Of a stretch of DNA of 64,000 nucleotides, positions 16,538 to 26,527 are shown in pieces. The notes beneath the pieces are model-generated. The model searched no databases. It saw nothing but the letters and a program-made list of their open reading frames with translations, and was not told the origin of the DNA. Position numbers and translations under genes: made by a program. Positions within the stretch are counted from its first letter, which is position 1. Every line of letters begins with the position of its first letter. The stretch is from a bacterium (GTDB lineage Bacteria > Patescibacteriota > Minisyncoccia > Phycocordibacterales > UBA2100): the NCBI GenBank assembly GCA_009924895.1, contig RFQR01000006.1:1800-65799 (forward strand). The letters are read 5' to 3'.

Positions 16538-18529
16538 CTAGTTAGTATTTGGCATTTCATCTGAATGTAAAAGCCGAATAAAATGCAATGGGTCCGTTCG
16601 ACCCATTCTATAGGCTCTTCCTAATATTTGCTTCTCCTCCTCGTGTGTCATTGCATGGAGAAGAACCACGTGCGTCGCTGCTGTTATATTCAACCCCGAT
16701 CCCGCATAATGCGAGTTCAGCAGAAGACAGCGCAACTCCCCCTTTTGAAACAAGCGAAGCGTTGAAGCAATCGCATCCTTATTTCCCTTCAGCTGTTTCA
16801 CTGTCACTCCCATACTCTCAATATTTGACTCTAGTTGCGTAAAAGGATTGTCATACCGACTAAATACTAAAAAACGGCCCGCTGGATTCTCTTGAAATAG
16901 GCGCATCAATGCTTCAGGCTTCTTCTCGAGCTCATTCTCTGGATTCACTGCATCGCTCGAATCTACTATCACCGTTTCCTTATTTGCTACCACTTTCGCC
17001 AACTCCTTTACTTTCATATTTGCGCGACACATGGGGCATGTAGGCTTACGTGTATAGCAGTTCAGAATACACTCGCCACAAAAAATACGGGAACAACAGG
17101 GCGTGATTGTTGCCTCTTTCGGCTCGTCAAAACATATAGGACACATCTCTTCCTTGAACCCTTGAATGCGATCCTCAATACTTTTAATCGCATTCTCCTT
17201 CTCCTTTATTTTGACCAATAAAGAATTCAATGCCGTCTCCTTTGATTGCGCGGTCGAATACTCCAACCCCGCTTTAAAATCATACGTTACTTTCAATCGT
17301 GTCAACTCCTTTTGCAAGTTTTTGGTAACAGCTTCAATCAAACTTGTCGTGTCTTCCACTTTCACTCCCAACGCATTCATCGCCCCTACAATATCCCCTC
17401 CATGAAGCAGCTGTTGTATTTCAGCTGGAACAACATCCGATACAATGCGCTGTGTAAATGGAATTCTACATAGAATATTTGTTCTATACAGCGGAGGTAA
17501 TGATATAGATTCCTGAATAAAAGCATCACTACATCGAAGAACAATATTTCCACGCAACAAATGCGCTGGATTCATAGTTTTGCGAAAAAAGTTTAAAGAC
17601 GTCATATTAAAGCGCATATAATCATACGGACGCGTTGAACGATATATTTCATCAAAATGCGGTTTTAAATACGAATAACGAGCATTCTCCCTAAAAATAT
17701 TGTGAAATAGAACTGTTTTTTGCACATAGATTGTCTCATTTGGAAACATAAGATTGGGCCAAGAAGCTGTTATAAACCATGTAAAACGTGCCTCAGGTGT
17801 TGGATGACCATTTACTAAATGAATTGTATCTGCTTCATCAATAAATACCCGCTTCCAACGCACTTCATTCGTTTCTTGCCATCTACCAAACTCTTTATAA
17901 AGAGTATTACTTATAAGCACGACATCGGCGGCCATTATATCGGCTTTAAACGTCTCCGCCTGTAGACACGTTTTTTTGTCCAAGAACGCCGCCTTCAAGT
18001 TCGTCTGCTTTTTTATATACTCCGCCCACTGCCTATACAATGTATGGGGGACAATAATAAGACATCCTGCTTCACTCAGATCTGTAAATATATTTTGCGT
18101 CGTGCTAAATACATGATTGCTACTATTTTTACCAAGCGTAATAGATTGTCGGAGGGGTTGTATAGTTGGTATACGCGCAATATGCCCAAGGACCATTAGA
18201 GACTTGCCAACTCCCACAGAATCTCCAAGAACACCATACGAAGAATAAAATGTTTCACCTGAACAATCGAAGCCTCCAAGAAGCTCTCGTTCCTTTTTTT
18301 CCATTGCATGAAGCATCGCCTGTTGATGCGACCGAAGTGCCACTTTGAATGTCCCTTCAGGAACATCACACCGCGATGCATCCGACTCCAACGATTGTAA
18401 ATACACATCGGCCATTACATTCAATATACGCACCCCTTGTGTAGACATATACGCACTCATTCTGTTACAACGTATCTGTAAAACCCTTAAACCGATATTA
18501 ACAGACTTACGCGTTCTTAAAAAACTCAC
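16538..18529 (-). CDS. SNF2-family ATPase with an embedded C3HC4 RING finger (Rad5/Rad16/HLTF-like architecture).
   Basis: LRSHQ...GVGKS...FIDEADTIH; RING CPICFDEPKEATITPCCSRIFCGECI...CPMCR between the helicase lobes; C-terminal LLLNSHYAGSGLNITAATHVVL...GRAYRMGR (motifs V-VI). Confidence 0.75.
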   Translation of the reverse strand: MSFLRTRKSVNIGLRVLQIRCNRMSAYMSTQGVRILNVMADVYLQSLESDASRCDVPEGTFKVALRSHQQAMLHAMEKKERELLGGFDCSGETFYSSYGVLGDSVGVGKSLMVLGHIARIPTIQPLRQSITLGKNSSNHVFSTTQNIFTDLSEAGCLIIVPHTLYRQWAEYIKKQTNLKAAFLDKKTCLQAETFKADIMAADVVLISNTLYKEFGRWQETNEVRWKRVFIDEADTIHLVNGHPTPEARFTWFITASWPNLMFPNETIYVQKTVLFHNIFRENARYSYLKPHFDEIYRSTRPYDYMRFNMTSLNFFRKTMNPAHLLRGNIVLRCSDAFIQESISLPPLYRTNILCRIPFTQRIVSDVVPAEIQQLLHGGDIVGAMNALGVKVEDTTSLIEAVTKNLQKELTRLKVTYDFKAGLEYSTAQSKETALNSLLVKIKEKENAIKSIEDRIQGFKEEMCPICFDEPKEATITPCCSRIFCGECILNCYTRKPTCPMCRANMKVKELAKVVANKETVIVDSSDAVNPENELEKKPEALMRLFQENPAGRFLVFSRYDNPFTQLESNIESMGVTVKQLKGNKDAIASTLRLFQKGELRCLLLNSHYAGSGLNITAATHVVLLHAMTHEEEKQILGRAYRMGRTDPLHFIRLLHSDEMPNTN

Positions 18530-19250
18530 GGATTGAAATATCTTTTATAAAATCTTTCAGTTTCATACTGGTCTTTTTAACATACGGATTCTCCCCCTCT
18601 CGCATTTTTCGTTTATCATATGTATTTTCCGAATGACTCATAACTAACATCACTTTTAGCGGATTTAATTGAATCATTGGATATTTATACTCTTCTAAAA
18701 ACGAACGCTCCTCGGCATGCGTGACTGTTTCATCATACGTATGCGCAGTTGCATAAGAACGTCGCCAAGCCATTGTCCCATTTGTAGCATGATTTTTATT
18801 ATAGGGGCCCAGTTTGTATATCGTTTCAATATCCGAATAATATAAATATACTTCGGATGTTCCTGCCAGTTCAATTGTCGGATGTTGCCGAAACGCAGTC
18901 ACTACACTTGATACTCTATCAGGCGGATAATAATCGTCATCGTCCATCGCTATAAGAATATCACCACACGATTCCCTATTGAGACGATTCCGTTTAGCCC
19001 CTATTGTTTGCTTTTCCGCGGTATATATATATTTCAAATTCGGTATAGAAAGATTTTCAAATACATCTCCCACGGGATCCGATCCATCATCTAAAATAAT
19101 CCATTCCATTCGATGCGCAGGATATTTTTGCGCTTTATACATCTTGATAAGCTGTGGAATGAACTTCCTACGATTATATGTAGGTGTAATCACCGAAATA
19201 AACGGATATGTCGCCGCTTCTTGTGGTGATTTTGCAGGTGGCTGTGCCAT
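18507..19250 (-). CDS. GT2-family glycosyltransferase (GT-A fold).
   Basis: ISVITPTYNR...ILDDGSD...AMDDDDY. Confidence 0.7.
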   Translation of the reverse strand: MAQPPAKSPQEAATYPFISVITPTYNRRKFIPQLIKMYKAQKYPAHRMEWIILDDGSDPVGDVFENLSIPNLKYIYTAEKQTIGAKRNRLNRESCGDILIAMDDDDYYPPDRVSSVVTAFRQHPTIELAGTSEVYLYYSDIETIYKLGPYNKNHATNGTMAWRRSYATAHTYDETVTHAEERSFLEEYKYPMIQLNPLKVMLVMSHSENTYDKRKMREGENPYVKKTSMKLKDFIKDISIREFFKNA

Positions 19251-19252
19251 TA

Positions 19253-20551
19253 CTACTTTACAGATGCGCCAAACGTTAAAGCTCTTTTGCCCAATATGTT
19301 AGAAACTCCATAATATAAAGATACAATACTCAATAATACAATTTCAACAATACTTATTCTATGCAACGTATCTTGGCTTTTTTTCTGTTCTGGAGTCACG
19401 GCAGTAAGATTTACAATTTTATATCCAAACAGTTGCTGTGAAAGTGTTAAATCCGCACCCCCTTTTTGGGGAGGCACTGTTAGCGCCTTCGCCGCATCCT
19501 TTTGAACAGCCGTTAGCGCATTCGCCGCATCCTTTTGAACAGCCGTTAGCGCATTCGCCGTACCCGTTAGCGCTTTTGCCGCATCCGTTTGAACACTCGT
19601 TAGCACCTTTGCCGCATCCGTTTGAATACTTGACATGCCTGCAACACCCTTTAGAAGGGTATTTGAATCCTTTTGGACACTTGTTAACATATTCACGACA
19701 TCGGATGTGGCAGCGGTTTTATCTACAACACTTTTTATAGCGGAAGGGGCTGTAGCCACTGTAGGAACAATACGTAGATCTATAGAATAGAGGGGAATGA
19801 GTCCAGAAACCCAGTGGGGTTTATAATATATTCCATAAAAGAGGGAGAGTGGGAAAAAGGCGGCCCCATATATAAAATAAAAGAGTTTAATCCCCCAGAA
19901 ATAATCTTCCGCAAATGCGTTGGACAGTATAATTCCACCAAACAGGGCTCCGAAGCTAACACTTATAATCAATAGTCCTCGCATCATAATACGCAGAATA
20001 CGGCCACGAAATCGCGCCCAGTTAAATTCTTTATTCATATCATTTTCATCTTTATCATCCAGTTCTGCAAGCCTCTCACCTAACTCTTCAATACTCGTAT
20101 TTTGAAGAAATGCGCCCTTCACATCATGTAAAAGCTTCTCATACTCTTTTTTTAGATTTGTATTCTCCACATTTTTCAAATGCTTTTCAATCCTATGCTG
20201 CAGAGATTTTAATTCAGATGTGCGCTGTTTTTGTATAGCACCCTCCTGTTCCTTTATAGTATTTGCCAATCGGTTTTCAATATCCCCCAACTTTGCAGCA
20301 GTGGCGGCAGCTCCCAAGTTTGCCGTCTGCAAGTTCGTCGTTTCATTTGCAATTTCCTCTAGTTTATCTATATACGTCCGAGGAAGTTTCGCCGCAACTC
20401 CCTTGTCCAACGCTGCATTTATACGGTCTATTGTGGATTGTGTCATATTTCGCACATTTACCATATTTGTAACTTCATCCATAACATTTTTATAGGCCGC
20501 CGGGTCTGGAACAGGTGATGTAACACCTAAGGAAGATAGCACCGTTGCCAT
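19253..20551 (-). CDS. Coiled-coil / transmembrane repeat protein, a candidate virion structural protein.
   Basis: Long heptad-like N-terminal region and two TM helices. It has 11-aa TSVQKDAAKALT repeats from a 33-bp DNA repeat (19485-19640). The start is trimmed to the first Met after the MCP stop. Confidence 0.5.
   Translation of the reverse strand: MATVLSSLGVTSPVPDPAAYKNVMDEVTNMVNVRNMTQSTIDRINAALDKGVAAKLPRTYIDKLEEIANETTNLQTANLGAAATAAKLGDIENRLANTIKEQEGAIQKQRTSELKSLQHRIEKHLKNVENTNLKKEYEKLLHDVKGAFLQNTSIEELGERLAELDDKDENDMNKEFNWARFRGRILRIMMRGLLIISVSFGALFGGIILSNAFAEDYFWGIKLFYFIYGAAFFPLSLFYGIYYKPHWVSGLIPLYSIDLRIVPTVATAPSAIKSVVDKTAATSDVVNMLTSVQKDSNTLLKGVAGMSSIQTDAAKVLTSVQTDAAKALTGTANALTAVQKDAANALTAVQKDAAKALTVPPQKGGADLTLSQQLFGYKIVNLTAVTPEQKKSQDTLHRISIVEIVLLSIVSLYYGVSNILGKRALTFGASVK
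19485..19640. repeat. 33-bp tandem repeat x about 4.5 inside the coding sequence.
   Basis: gccgttagcgcattcgccgcatccttttgaaca units. Confidence 0.8.
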
Positions 20552-20570
20552 ACTACCGTGATGTTCCAAA

Positions 20571-22124
20571 TTATAAAGCATATTTGAGCCCACCCATGCC
20601 TGATACCACTTCAAACCAGTTAATATTTTCCACGTAAATATCTATATCATATGTATATGTGGTATTTACAGGAAGGGGAAACACATCCAAGTCAACTTGG
20701 AAGTTACGAATACGACTTGCATTTATGGATCCTGAAGCTTGTGTAGGAGATTGAGCTAGTTGAAAAGAATACAGGGGGAGTCCGTCTTGTCCAATCCCCC
20801 TCGCATATCTATATGTCGAAATGCGTGTAAAATAATCGACGGGCTTTAGTTCCTGCATTTCATTCCCATCACATAATATGCGAATATTACGAATAATATC
20901 TTGCTGAGAGTTCGGAATGAAAAGACCTGACGTAGAAGATTGTTGAAGAACATTCAGAATATTTGGTGTAGGCGAAAAGGGTGCATACGGATATGTATAC
21001 CAGTTCGTAAAGTTTGCAAAATCATTGCGTGCAGCTGCATCAGACCTACGTTGAATAAATAGAATACGGCTGAGAGGATTATGTGTTTGCAAATCAATAA
21101 CTTGTCGCGTATATTGTCCTGGAAATGGATATATAGTAACTTGTGGAATCATATAGCTGAGGGGGCGCGTGGCAAAGATTTGCTGCTCCTCTTTTGGAAG
21201 ATAAATGAATGTTCCCTGCAGTATAGGGTTTATAAACCAACTGTTCAATGCCGGGACAGCGGCATTGATATCTGTGAGAAAATATCGTATTTGAGCTAAA
21301 CTAGTATTGGATACTGAATAGTTGGGTGTATTATTGCGTATTTGTTCCGATGTAGCATTCATTATAAAGTTTGGATTCACACGATATCCAGATGCATCGT
21401 TTACCGTGTATAGTTGTGAAATGGGGTTTAGTGTAAGGCGTATTTCACATTCATGAAGCTGCAGACCTATCAGAGGAAGGGCCTGCGAAGGAGCCTCCGT
21501 AAACCAGAAAGAAAGAGGAATATGAATATTACGCCCCATGATGGAAGGGCGATTTACCTGAGTTGCTGTAGTAGGATTTGTAATGACACTCGGATATCCT
21601 AGATGCATAGAACCACCGGCATATGCGCCCGATGCAGGCTCTGTAAGCTCAGGTGTATCCCCCACAAGATATTTCCATTTAAGAAAAGCATCTTGATCTA
21701 CATCAAGCAATGCACGACTTAATAAATAGGAGCCGTCAAACTCTTGAATCTTTTGACCCCCTACAAAAAATGCTGCGTTTTGAATAATGGATGCGCCTAT
21801 ATAGCGAACCCATTGAAACTCCCACTGAGATATACGGCCCGGTGGGGGTTGAGGCGTGATATATTTGCTATAAATATCGGGTATCGTAAATGTAAAAATC
21901 ATATCGGATAATAAATCACCATATCGAGGTATTTTTGCCCGGAGTTGTATCGGCTGATCGAACGAAAGTTCATTCGGCCCCTCTAAGGGAATTGTGATAC
22001 TTTCCATTGCAAAATGAGAATATCGCTTAAATGCCTTATAAAAATACGTCATTTGGGGATTGCCACTTAAAAGCACGTTTTGCGCACCATATGCAACTAA
22101 TGCTAATAATCCTCCACCGGCCAT
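20571..22124 (-). CDS. MCP: Major capsid protein (double jelly-roll, NCLDV MCP).
   Basis: From Met26, MAGGGLLALVAYGAQNVLLSGNPQMTYFYKAFKRYSHFAMESI matches PBCV-1 Vp54 / mimivirus MCP ([42 protein letters not shown]). Confidence 0.9.
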   Translation of the reverse strand: MAGGGLLALVAYGAQNVLLSGNPQMTYFYKAFKRYSHFAMESITIPLEGPNELSFDQPIQLRAKIPRYGDLLSDMIFTFTIPDIYSKYITPQPPPGRISQWEFQWVRYIGASIIQNAAFFVGGQKIQEFDGSYLLSRALLDVDQDAFLKWKYLVGDTPELTEPASGAYAGGSMHLGYPSVITNPTTATQVNRPSIMGRNIHIPLSFWFTEAPSQALPLIGLQLHECEIRLTLNPISQLYTVNDASGYRVNPNFIMNATSEQIRNNTPNYSVSNTSLAQIRYFLTDINAAVPALNSWFINPILQGTFIYLPKEEQQIFATRPLSYMIPQVTIYPFPGQYTRQVIDLQTHNPLSRILFIQRRSDAAARNDFANFTNWYTYPYAPFSPTPNILNVLQQSSTSGLFIPNSQQDIIRNIRILCDGNEMQELKPVDYFTRISTYRYARGIGQDGLPLYSFQLAQSPTQASGSINASRIRNFQVDLDVFPLPVNTTYTYDIDIYVENINWFEVVSGMGGLKYAL

Positions 22125-22208
22125 AGTCTCTTCTGAATCCTTACTGGAATAGAAGAGATTATGCTTAAGCGGTTTGGAACATTTGCGGGGTACTGGCAAA
22201 TGCCATAC

Positions 22209-23072
22209 TTATGTGCTATTTGCCCACCAATCATCACCCATATAGGGGGGCGCATCCAACTGCTTTATTTTTACAGTAGACGAAGGTCCTGCCGCCATAA
22301 TGGCTTGAATCTCATTCATAGAAAGGGCATACCGGGCATATGTAAGATTTGAAACATATCCTTTAAAAGAACCTTCTATTTGGAAATCCTCTCCATTCAA
22401 CGAGGGTATTCCTGATCCACGAAGACTATTTGAGTTAATTGTTGAAAAAAGGACAATATTCTGAAAGTTTTGATATGGCAGCGTATCCTTAAAAGATATA
22501 CGATTCGCCAGATTTCCATTGATAAAAATATCAAGGCCCCCCTTGTAACTATTTAACACTAAATGAAACCACTTTTGCACAGGAATATTCTTAACATCCG
22601 CATATGTAAATGGATTCTTATATGTATTCATGATTACGCGTAAGGTGTTTGTATCAGAATGGAAAAATACGCCCGGACCCATTAAAGGCCAAGGCATCGT
22701 ATATCCCTTATGAAAGACATGTTTGAATGTAGAAGAGCCTGAAAATGTGGCGGGATCCGCGTAAATAAATACTGAATATCCGAACTCAATCCCGGTGCGT
22801 TCATTCATAGAGAATCCAATCGGCTTTGCGTCACTATATTTGGAAGCATCTTGTTGAATTGTGATGGTTGCATCACTCGAGTTCGCAGTATAATCGACAA
22901 CGGTATAAAAACGATTTCGCGCATCAAGTGTCGTTTTGTATAACATTTCAAAAACAATGGTGATAAGTAACACCAATCCTACCATCATAAGACTACTCAC
23001 CACCTGGCCGGAAGAACTTATAGGATTGGGCGGCCCGCTTAAGAGTTTTGGTTGATCAGATATGCTCTGCAT
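22209..23072 (-). CDS. Type-II membrane protein with a C-terminal LamG/ConA-like lectin-fold domain (paralog 1 of 4).
   Basis: N-terminal TM. WFHLVLNSYKGGLDIFINGNL...FKGYVSNLTYARYALSMNEI matches the laminin-G/pentraxin signature. Confidence 0.55.
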   Translation of the reverse strand: MQSISDQPKLLSGPPNPISSSGQVVSSLMMVGLVLLITIVFEMLYKTTLDARNRFYTVVDYTANSSDATITIQQDASKYSDAKPIGFSMNERTGIEFGYSVFIYADPATFSGSSTFKHVFHKGYTMPWPLMGPGVFFHSDTNTLRVIMNTYKNPFTYADVKNIPVQKWFHLVLNSYKGGLDIFINGNLANRISFKDTLPYQNFQNIVLFSTINSNSLRGSGIPSLNGEDFQIEGSFKGYVSNLTYARYALSMNEIQAIMAAGPSSTVKIKQLDAPPYMGDDWWANST

Positions 23073-23165
23073 CTTCTAGTTAGACCTCTGAAGATTAAAA
23101 ATGGGTGTTCTACCTTGAATACTATCAGGGGTGACTGACCATATTCATTTGCAATGAGGGTTGGT

Positions 23166-24215
23166 CTAAGAGGAACCTTTAAAAAGTGAAATAAACCAGG
23201 AAAAAATGTCAGTGCTACTGAGTCCATTTGGTCCAGACAAATAGGCCCTATAAATTTCATCTGGATTCATCGCATAGTTTGCAACTGCCGTATATCCTGT
23301 ATATCCATCAAATCCGCCAAAATCAGTAATATTTGCACGAACCCCCGTAGGGTCCACTCTAAAATAAGAAGATGCCATACATGAGCGGCGAAGCTTGCCA
23401 TCTAAATATACATCTATTGTGCGACCATTGAGAACAACCGTAATCAGTGTCCAGCGCTGAAGGTCCACTTCGGGAAGATCGCATGTAGGAGGACTTGTTA
23501 AAAGGGAATCATTCATCGCTAAAGGCGTGAAGAGTGTTTTCACAACTCCAACAGAGAGATTTCCAATATTTCCAGAGGCATTGGGAGGAACAGCGGAAGC
23601 AGTTGGTGTCGCGCTGGGGCGCGGGGCGCTGGCATTCGTCATTCCAGATCCAGATCCAGATCCAGATCCAGCTCCAGACTGAAATCCGTCGGTAGCTTCA
23701 ATCAACTTATATCCCTTCCCAGATCCAAAGCCCGATTGAAACCCTTCTGCACTCGGATTCTGCGTATGCGTCCTTACCATCAATGTATTATTAAATGCAC
23801 CCAAGCCAACTAAAAGACTTGAAAAATAGTCACCCTGCAGTTCGAAAATGTGCTTTCGTGTATTTAGATTCTTATTATAACTGTTCACATATATCCATAT
23901 ATTTACAGAATACTCCCCACCCTCATAGGGAGTAGGGATTTTTGGAAGATTATCAGGCGCCGAATCAGCAGCACGTTTTTGTGTAAGAATAGGTATAAGT
24001 TTATCACTCGAAGATGTATATAAATAGCGATACATATAATATATAACAATGAACCCTATTACAAGAAAAATCATAGTTATGATTGAAAATCCACTTGAGC
24101 TTTTTACAGGCTGTGCTGTAGCCATAGATGCGGCCATAGATGCTCCTAGATTTGATGTGGAAGGCCCCGATGCAGATTTATTAAATCCTACCATAGAGGA
24201 TACTGACGTTCCCAT
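23166..24215 (-). CDS. LamG/ConA-like membrane protein (paralog 2) with a Gly/Ser low-complexity linker.
   Basis: TM helix, GSGSGSGSG tract, WTLITVVLNGRTIDVYLDGKL...GYTAVANYAMNPDEI. Confidence 0.55.
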   Translation of the reverse strand: MGTSVSSMVGFNKSASGPSTSNLGASMAASMATAQPVKSSSGFSIITMIFLVIGFIVIYYMYRYLYTSSSDKLIPILTQKRAADSAPDNLPKIPTPYEGGEYSVNIWIYVNSYNKNLNTRKHIFELQGDYFSSLLVGLGAFNNTLMVRTHTQNPSAEGFQSGFGSGKGYKLIEATDGFQSGAGSGSGSGSGMTNASAPRPSATPTASAVPPNASGNIGNLSVGVVKTLFTPLAMNDSLLTSPPTCDLPEVDLQRWTLITVVLNGRTIDVYLDGKLRRSCMASSYFRVDPTGVRANITDFGGFDGYTGYTAVANYAMNPDEIYRAYLSGPNGLSSTDIFSWFISLFKGSS

Positions 24216-24325
24216 ATTTCTCTACCGTGAAGTATCAAATTTAATATTCATGGCACTGTGGTTCACTATTTTATGCAGGGCAACTACATAAAATAGTAAA
24301 CGGCATAGATACGTCCCAAAAAGAC

Positions 24326-25378
24326 TCAGGCATAGGGTGTGGACCATTGATATAAGGGGGATGCGGCACGAATAGGAGGGGGGTCGAAGCATCCTCCTGG
24401 GCATACACTTATGCCACTCAATGTAGAACCGATGGATGTAGATTCGGCGGAAGGATTTAGTCCAACCCTATTAATCATTTCGGAGGGGGGGGCCGTCGTA
24501 GACAGCCCGAGTGTTGAACCGGAATTCAAATAAGGCCTTCCTCGTGTATCGGAGAACGTCTTATATATGATACGAATCTCGCCGCTACTTATACGATTCG
24601 TATATAGATTCGCCATAGCAATTTGCCCTATAAGTTCATCAGACCCGGAGGTAACACCTTTGTAGTTTGTATTTGATTTATTCGATATTGGCATATACAT
24701 TGTTTTTTGTGACAAGACAAGAATATCATTGTAATATATATCAAACCGCCGGCCCTCGCGACCCACGGTTACCATTGTCCACTTTTGAATAGGAATCGGG
24801 GGGACTTGCAATGTTTCAATATATTTTTGAGAGTTTGTAGAGCCAGCTGATACGGGGGGGCCTTCCGTTTGCACAATCAGTTGCGACATAGCCTTCCCTT
24901 GACGACTTGCATCCGGGGCATTTAATACTTCAAATCCTACAACGCCTGCAATATTAAATATGGATTTATATCCTGAATGATTGCAAATAGAACAGTTATT
25001 CGTTGCAGGGTCGCATGGGCAGGGAACAAACGTTCCATCTTCACAGGATGCCTGATTTGGATTTGTCCCGCATTTTGCATATGCACCTGTTCGATTCATA
25101 GGGCTCAAATATACAAAGGCAGAAAAACTTCCATCTGTATCCGTGTAAAACGTGGACGCTGTATCAGCATCAATCATTGATGTTTCAGAACCGAGCGAAA
25201 AAGGGCCTATGGCGCTTACTTGAATTTTTGGAACATAGCTAGGACTGAAATACATTACTAGAACTATAACAAATAGAATTGCGAGGAGAATATAGCCCAT
25301 ACGTATCGATGTAAACCATGCAAATATGGATATATTATGTGATGTCATGCTAGGAACAATTGCTTTACCCAAATCCAT
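24326..25378 (-). CDS. LamG/ConA-like membrane protein (paralog 3) with a Cys-rich segment.
   Basis: TM helix, WTMVTVGREGRRFDIYYNDIL...IGQIAMANLYTNRISSGEI. Confidence 0.5.
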   Translation of the reverse strand: MDLGKAIVPSMTSHNISIFAWFTSIRMGYILLAILFVIVLVMYFSPSYVPKIQVSAIGPFSLGSETSMIDADTASTFYTDTDGSFSAFVYLSPMNRTGAYAKCGTNPNQASCEDGTFVPCPCDPATNNCSICNHSGYKSIFNIAGVVGFEVLNAPDASRQGKAMSQLIVQTEGPPVSAGSTNSQKYIETLQVPPIPIQKWTMVTVGREGRRFDIYYNDILVLSQKTMYMPISNKSNTNYKGVTSGSDELIGQIAMANLYTNRISSGEIRIIYKTFSDTRGRPYLNSGSTLGLSTTAPPSEMINRVGLNPSAESTSIGSTLSGISVCPGGCFDPPPIRAASPLYQWSTPYA

Positions 25379-25382
25379 CTAC

Positions 25383-26513
25383 TTATAATGCACTCTTTGA
25401 AAAAAATGAATCACTTGCTATAGGATCCCCATTCGAAGCTATTTCGCGTACAGTTAATACTCTAGGCCAGAAAGTAAGGTTTGCTAAAAATGCGCTTGGC
25501 ATCACATTGGATGTCGGTGGATAAAACATGGATGCATCTGATACGGGCATTGGAGGATTATGTAGTGTCATTGTTTTTTCGAGTGCACCATTGATATAGA
25601 CTTCCACAAACTTTTGCGTAAAAATCACTGTGAGCCGAATAACTTCTTTCATAGGAATATTTTCAATAGGTGCCATTGTTTGTAGTTGTGCCTTGGCTGC
25701 CGTACCATCTTCGCTAGTAATAACAGTAACATTCAAATCATTTTTCATGGAATCAAGCCATAGAATAATATTTGTATCAGGAAAATATGTAAAAATATTA
25801 TTGTTAGAAACAGGGGTAGGAACAGTGCCAGAACCTGTGCCAGGACCAGTGCCAGAAGCAGGACTAGTGCCAGTGCCAGAACCAGTGCCAGTGCCAGAAC
25901 CAGAACCTGTGCCAGAACCAGGACTAGGTGTAGGACAGGCATTCGTCGTGCTGGGTTGAGATGTATCGACAGAAGTGGGTAATCCAAAGTCCTGTGATAC
26001 AGGACTCGTTGTGATTCCTACACCAGGACTTGCGGGTGTGACGACACTCGTTTTCCCCCTATATAAGAGTATACGAGGCGCTGGAGATACATAAAAGGAA
26101 CCACTCAGATACAAGTCCATTCCAATTGTATACGAATATGCAGGGATATCCTTAAAATTCGCACTTTTATCAGATGGTGCGGGTGAAGCCGTAAAATCAG
26201 TTTGAATGTCGGAGACAGTTGGTATAGGAATAAAACCACTATCACTTGGATTGAAAGAAAATACCGGTGTTATTGTAAAATGAACAAACACCAGTGCTAA
26301 AAAGAGTATGAATACAATCAATGCCATATAAAAAACGCTTTGCAATATGTTTCCATACGTAGTTGTAGTCTGCGGCGCCTGCATGACTGGCCTCTTATTC
26401 AAGACACTTTGGAGAAGAACAGAGGGTTGCGTGGATTTATTCCATGTTGGTAAATGAGATGCATACATTTCCTTGCTACCACAAGCAACGAAATTCATGC
26501 ATCTAAAATTCAT
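25383..26513 (-). CDS. LamG/ConA-like membrane protein (paralog 4) with a GSGTG repeat linker.
   Basis: TM helix, (GSGTG)n, VIRLTVIFTQKFVEVYINGAL...FLANLTFWPRVLTVREI. The exact start is uncertain. Confidence 0.5.
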   Translation of the reverse strand: MNFRCMNFVACGSKEMYASHLPTWNKSTQPSVLLQSVLNKRPVMQAPQTTTTYGNILQSVFYMALIVFILFLALVFVHFTITPVFSFNPSDSGFIPIPTVSDIQTDFTASPAPSDKSANFKDIPAYSYTIGMDLYLSGSFYVSPAPRILLYRGKTSVVTPASPGVGITTSPVSQDFGLPTSVDTSQPSTTNACPTPSPGSGTGSGSGTGTGSGTGTSPASGTGPGTGSGTVPTPVSNNNIFTYFPDTNIILWLDSMKNDLNVTVITSEDGTAAKAQLQTMAPIENIPMKEVIRLTVIFTQKFVEVYINGALEKTMTLHNPPMPVSDASMFYPPTSNVMPSAFLANLTFWPRVLTVREIASNGDPIASDSFFSKSAL

Positions 26514-26527
26514 ATTCTATCTTCACA

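Noticed and set aside
25630-25987. + and - strand ORFs with PEPVPVPEP / LALALVLAL repeats.
   Set aside because: They are shadow frames of the GSGTG-coding repeat in LamG paralog 4.
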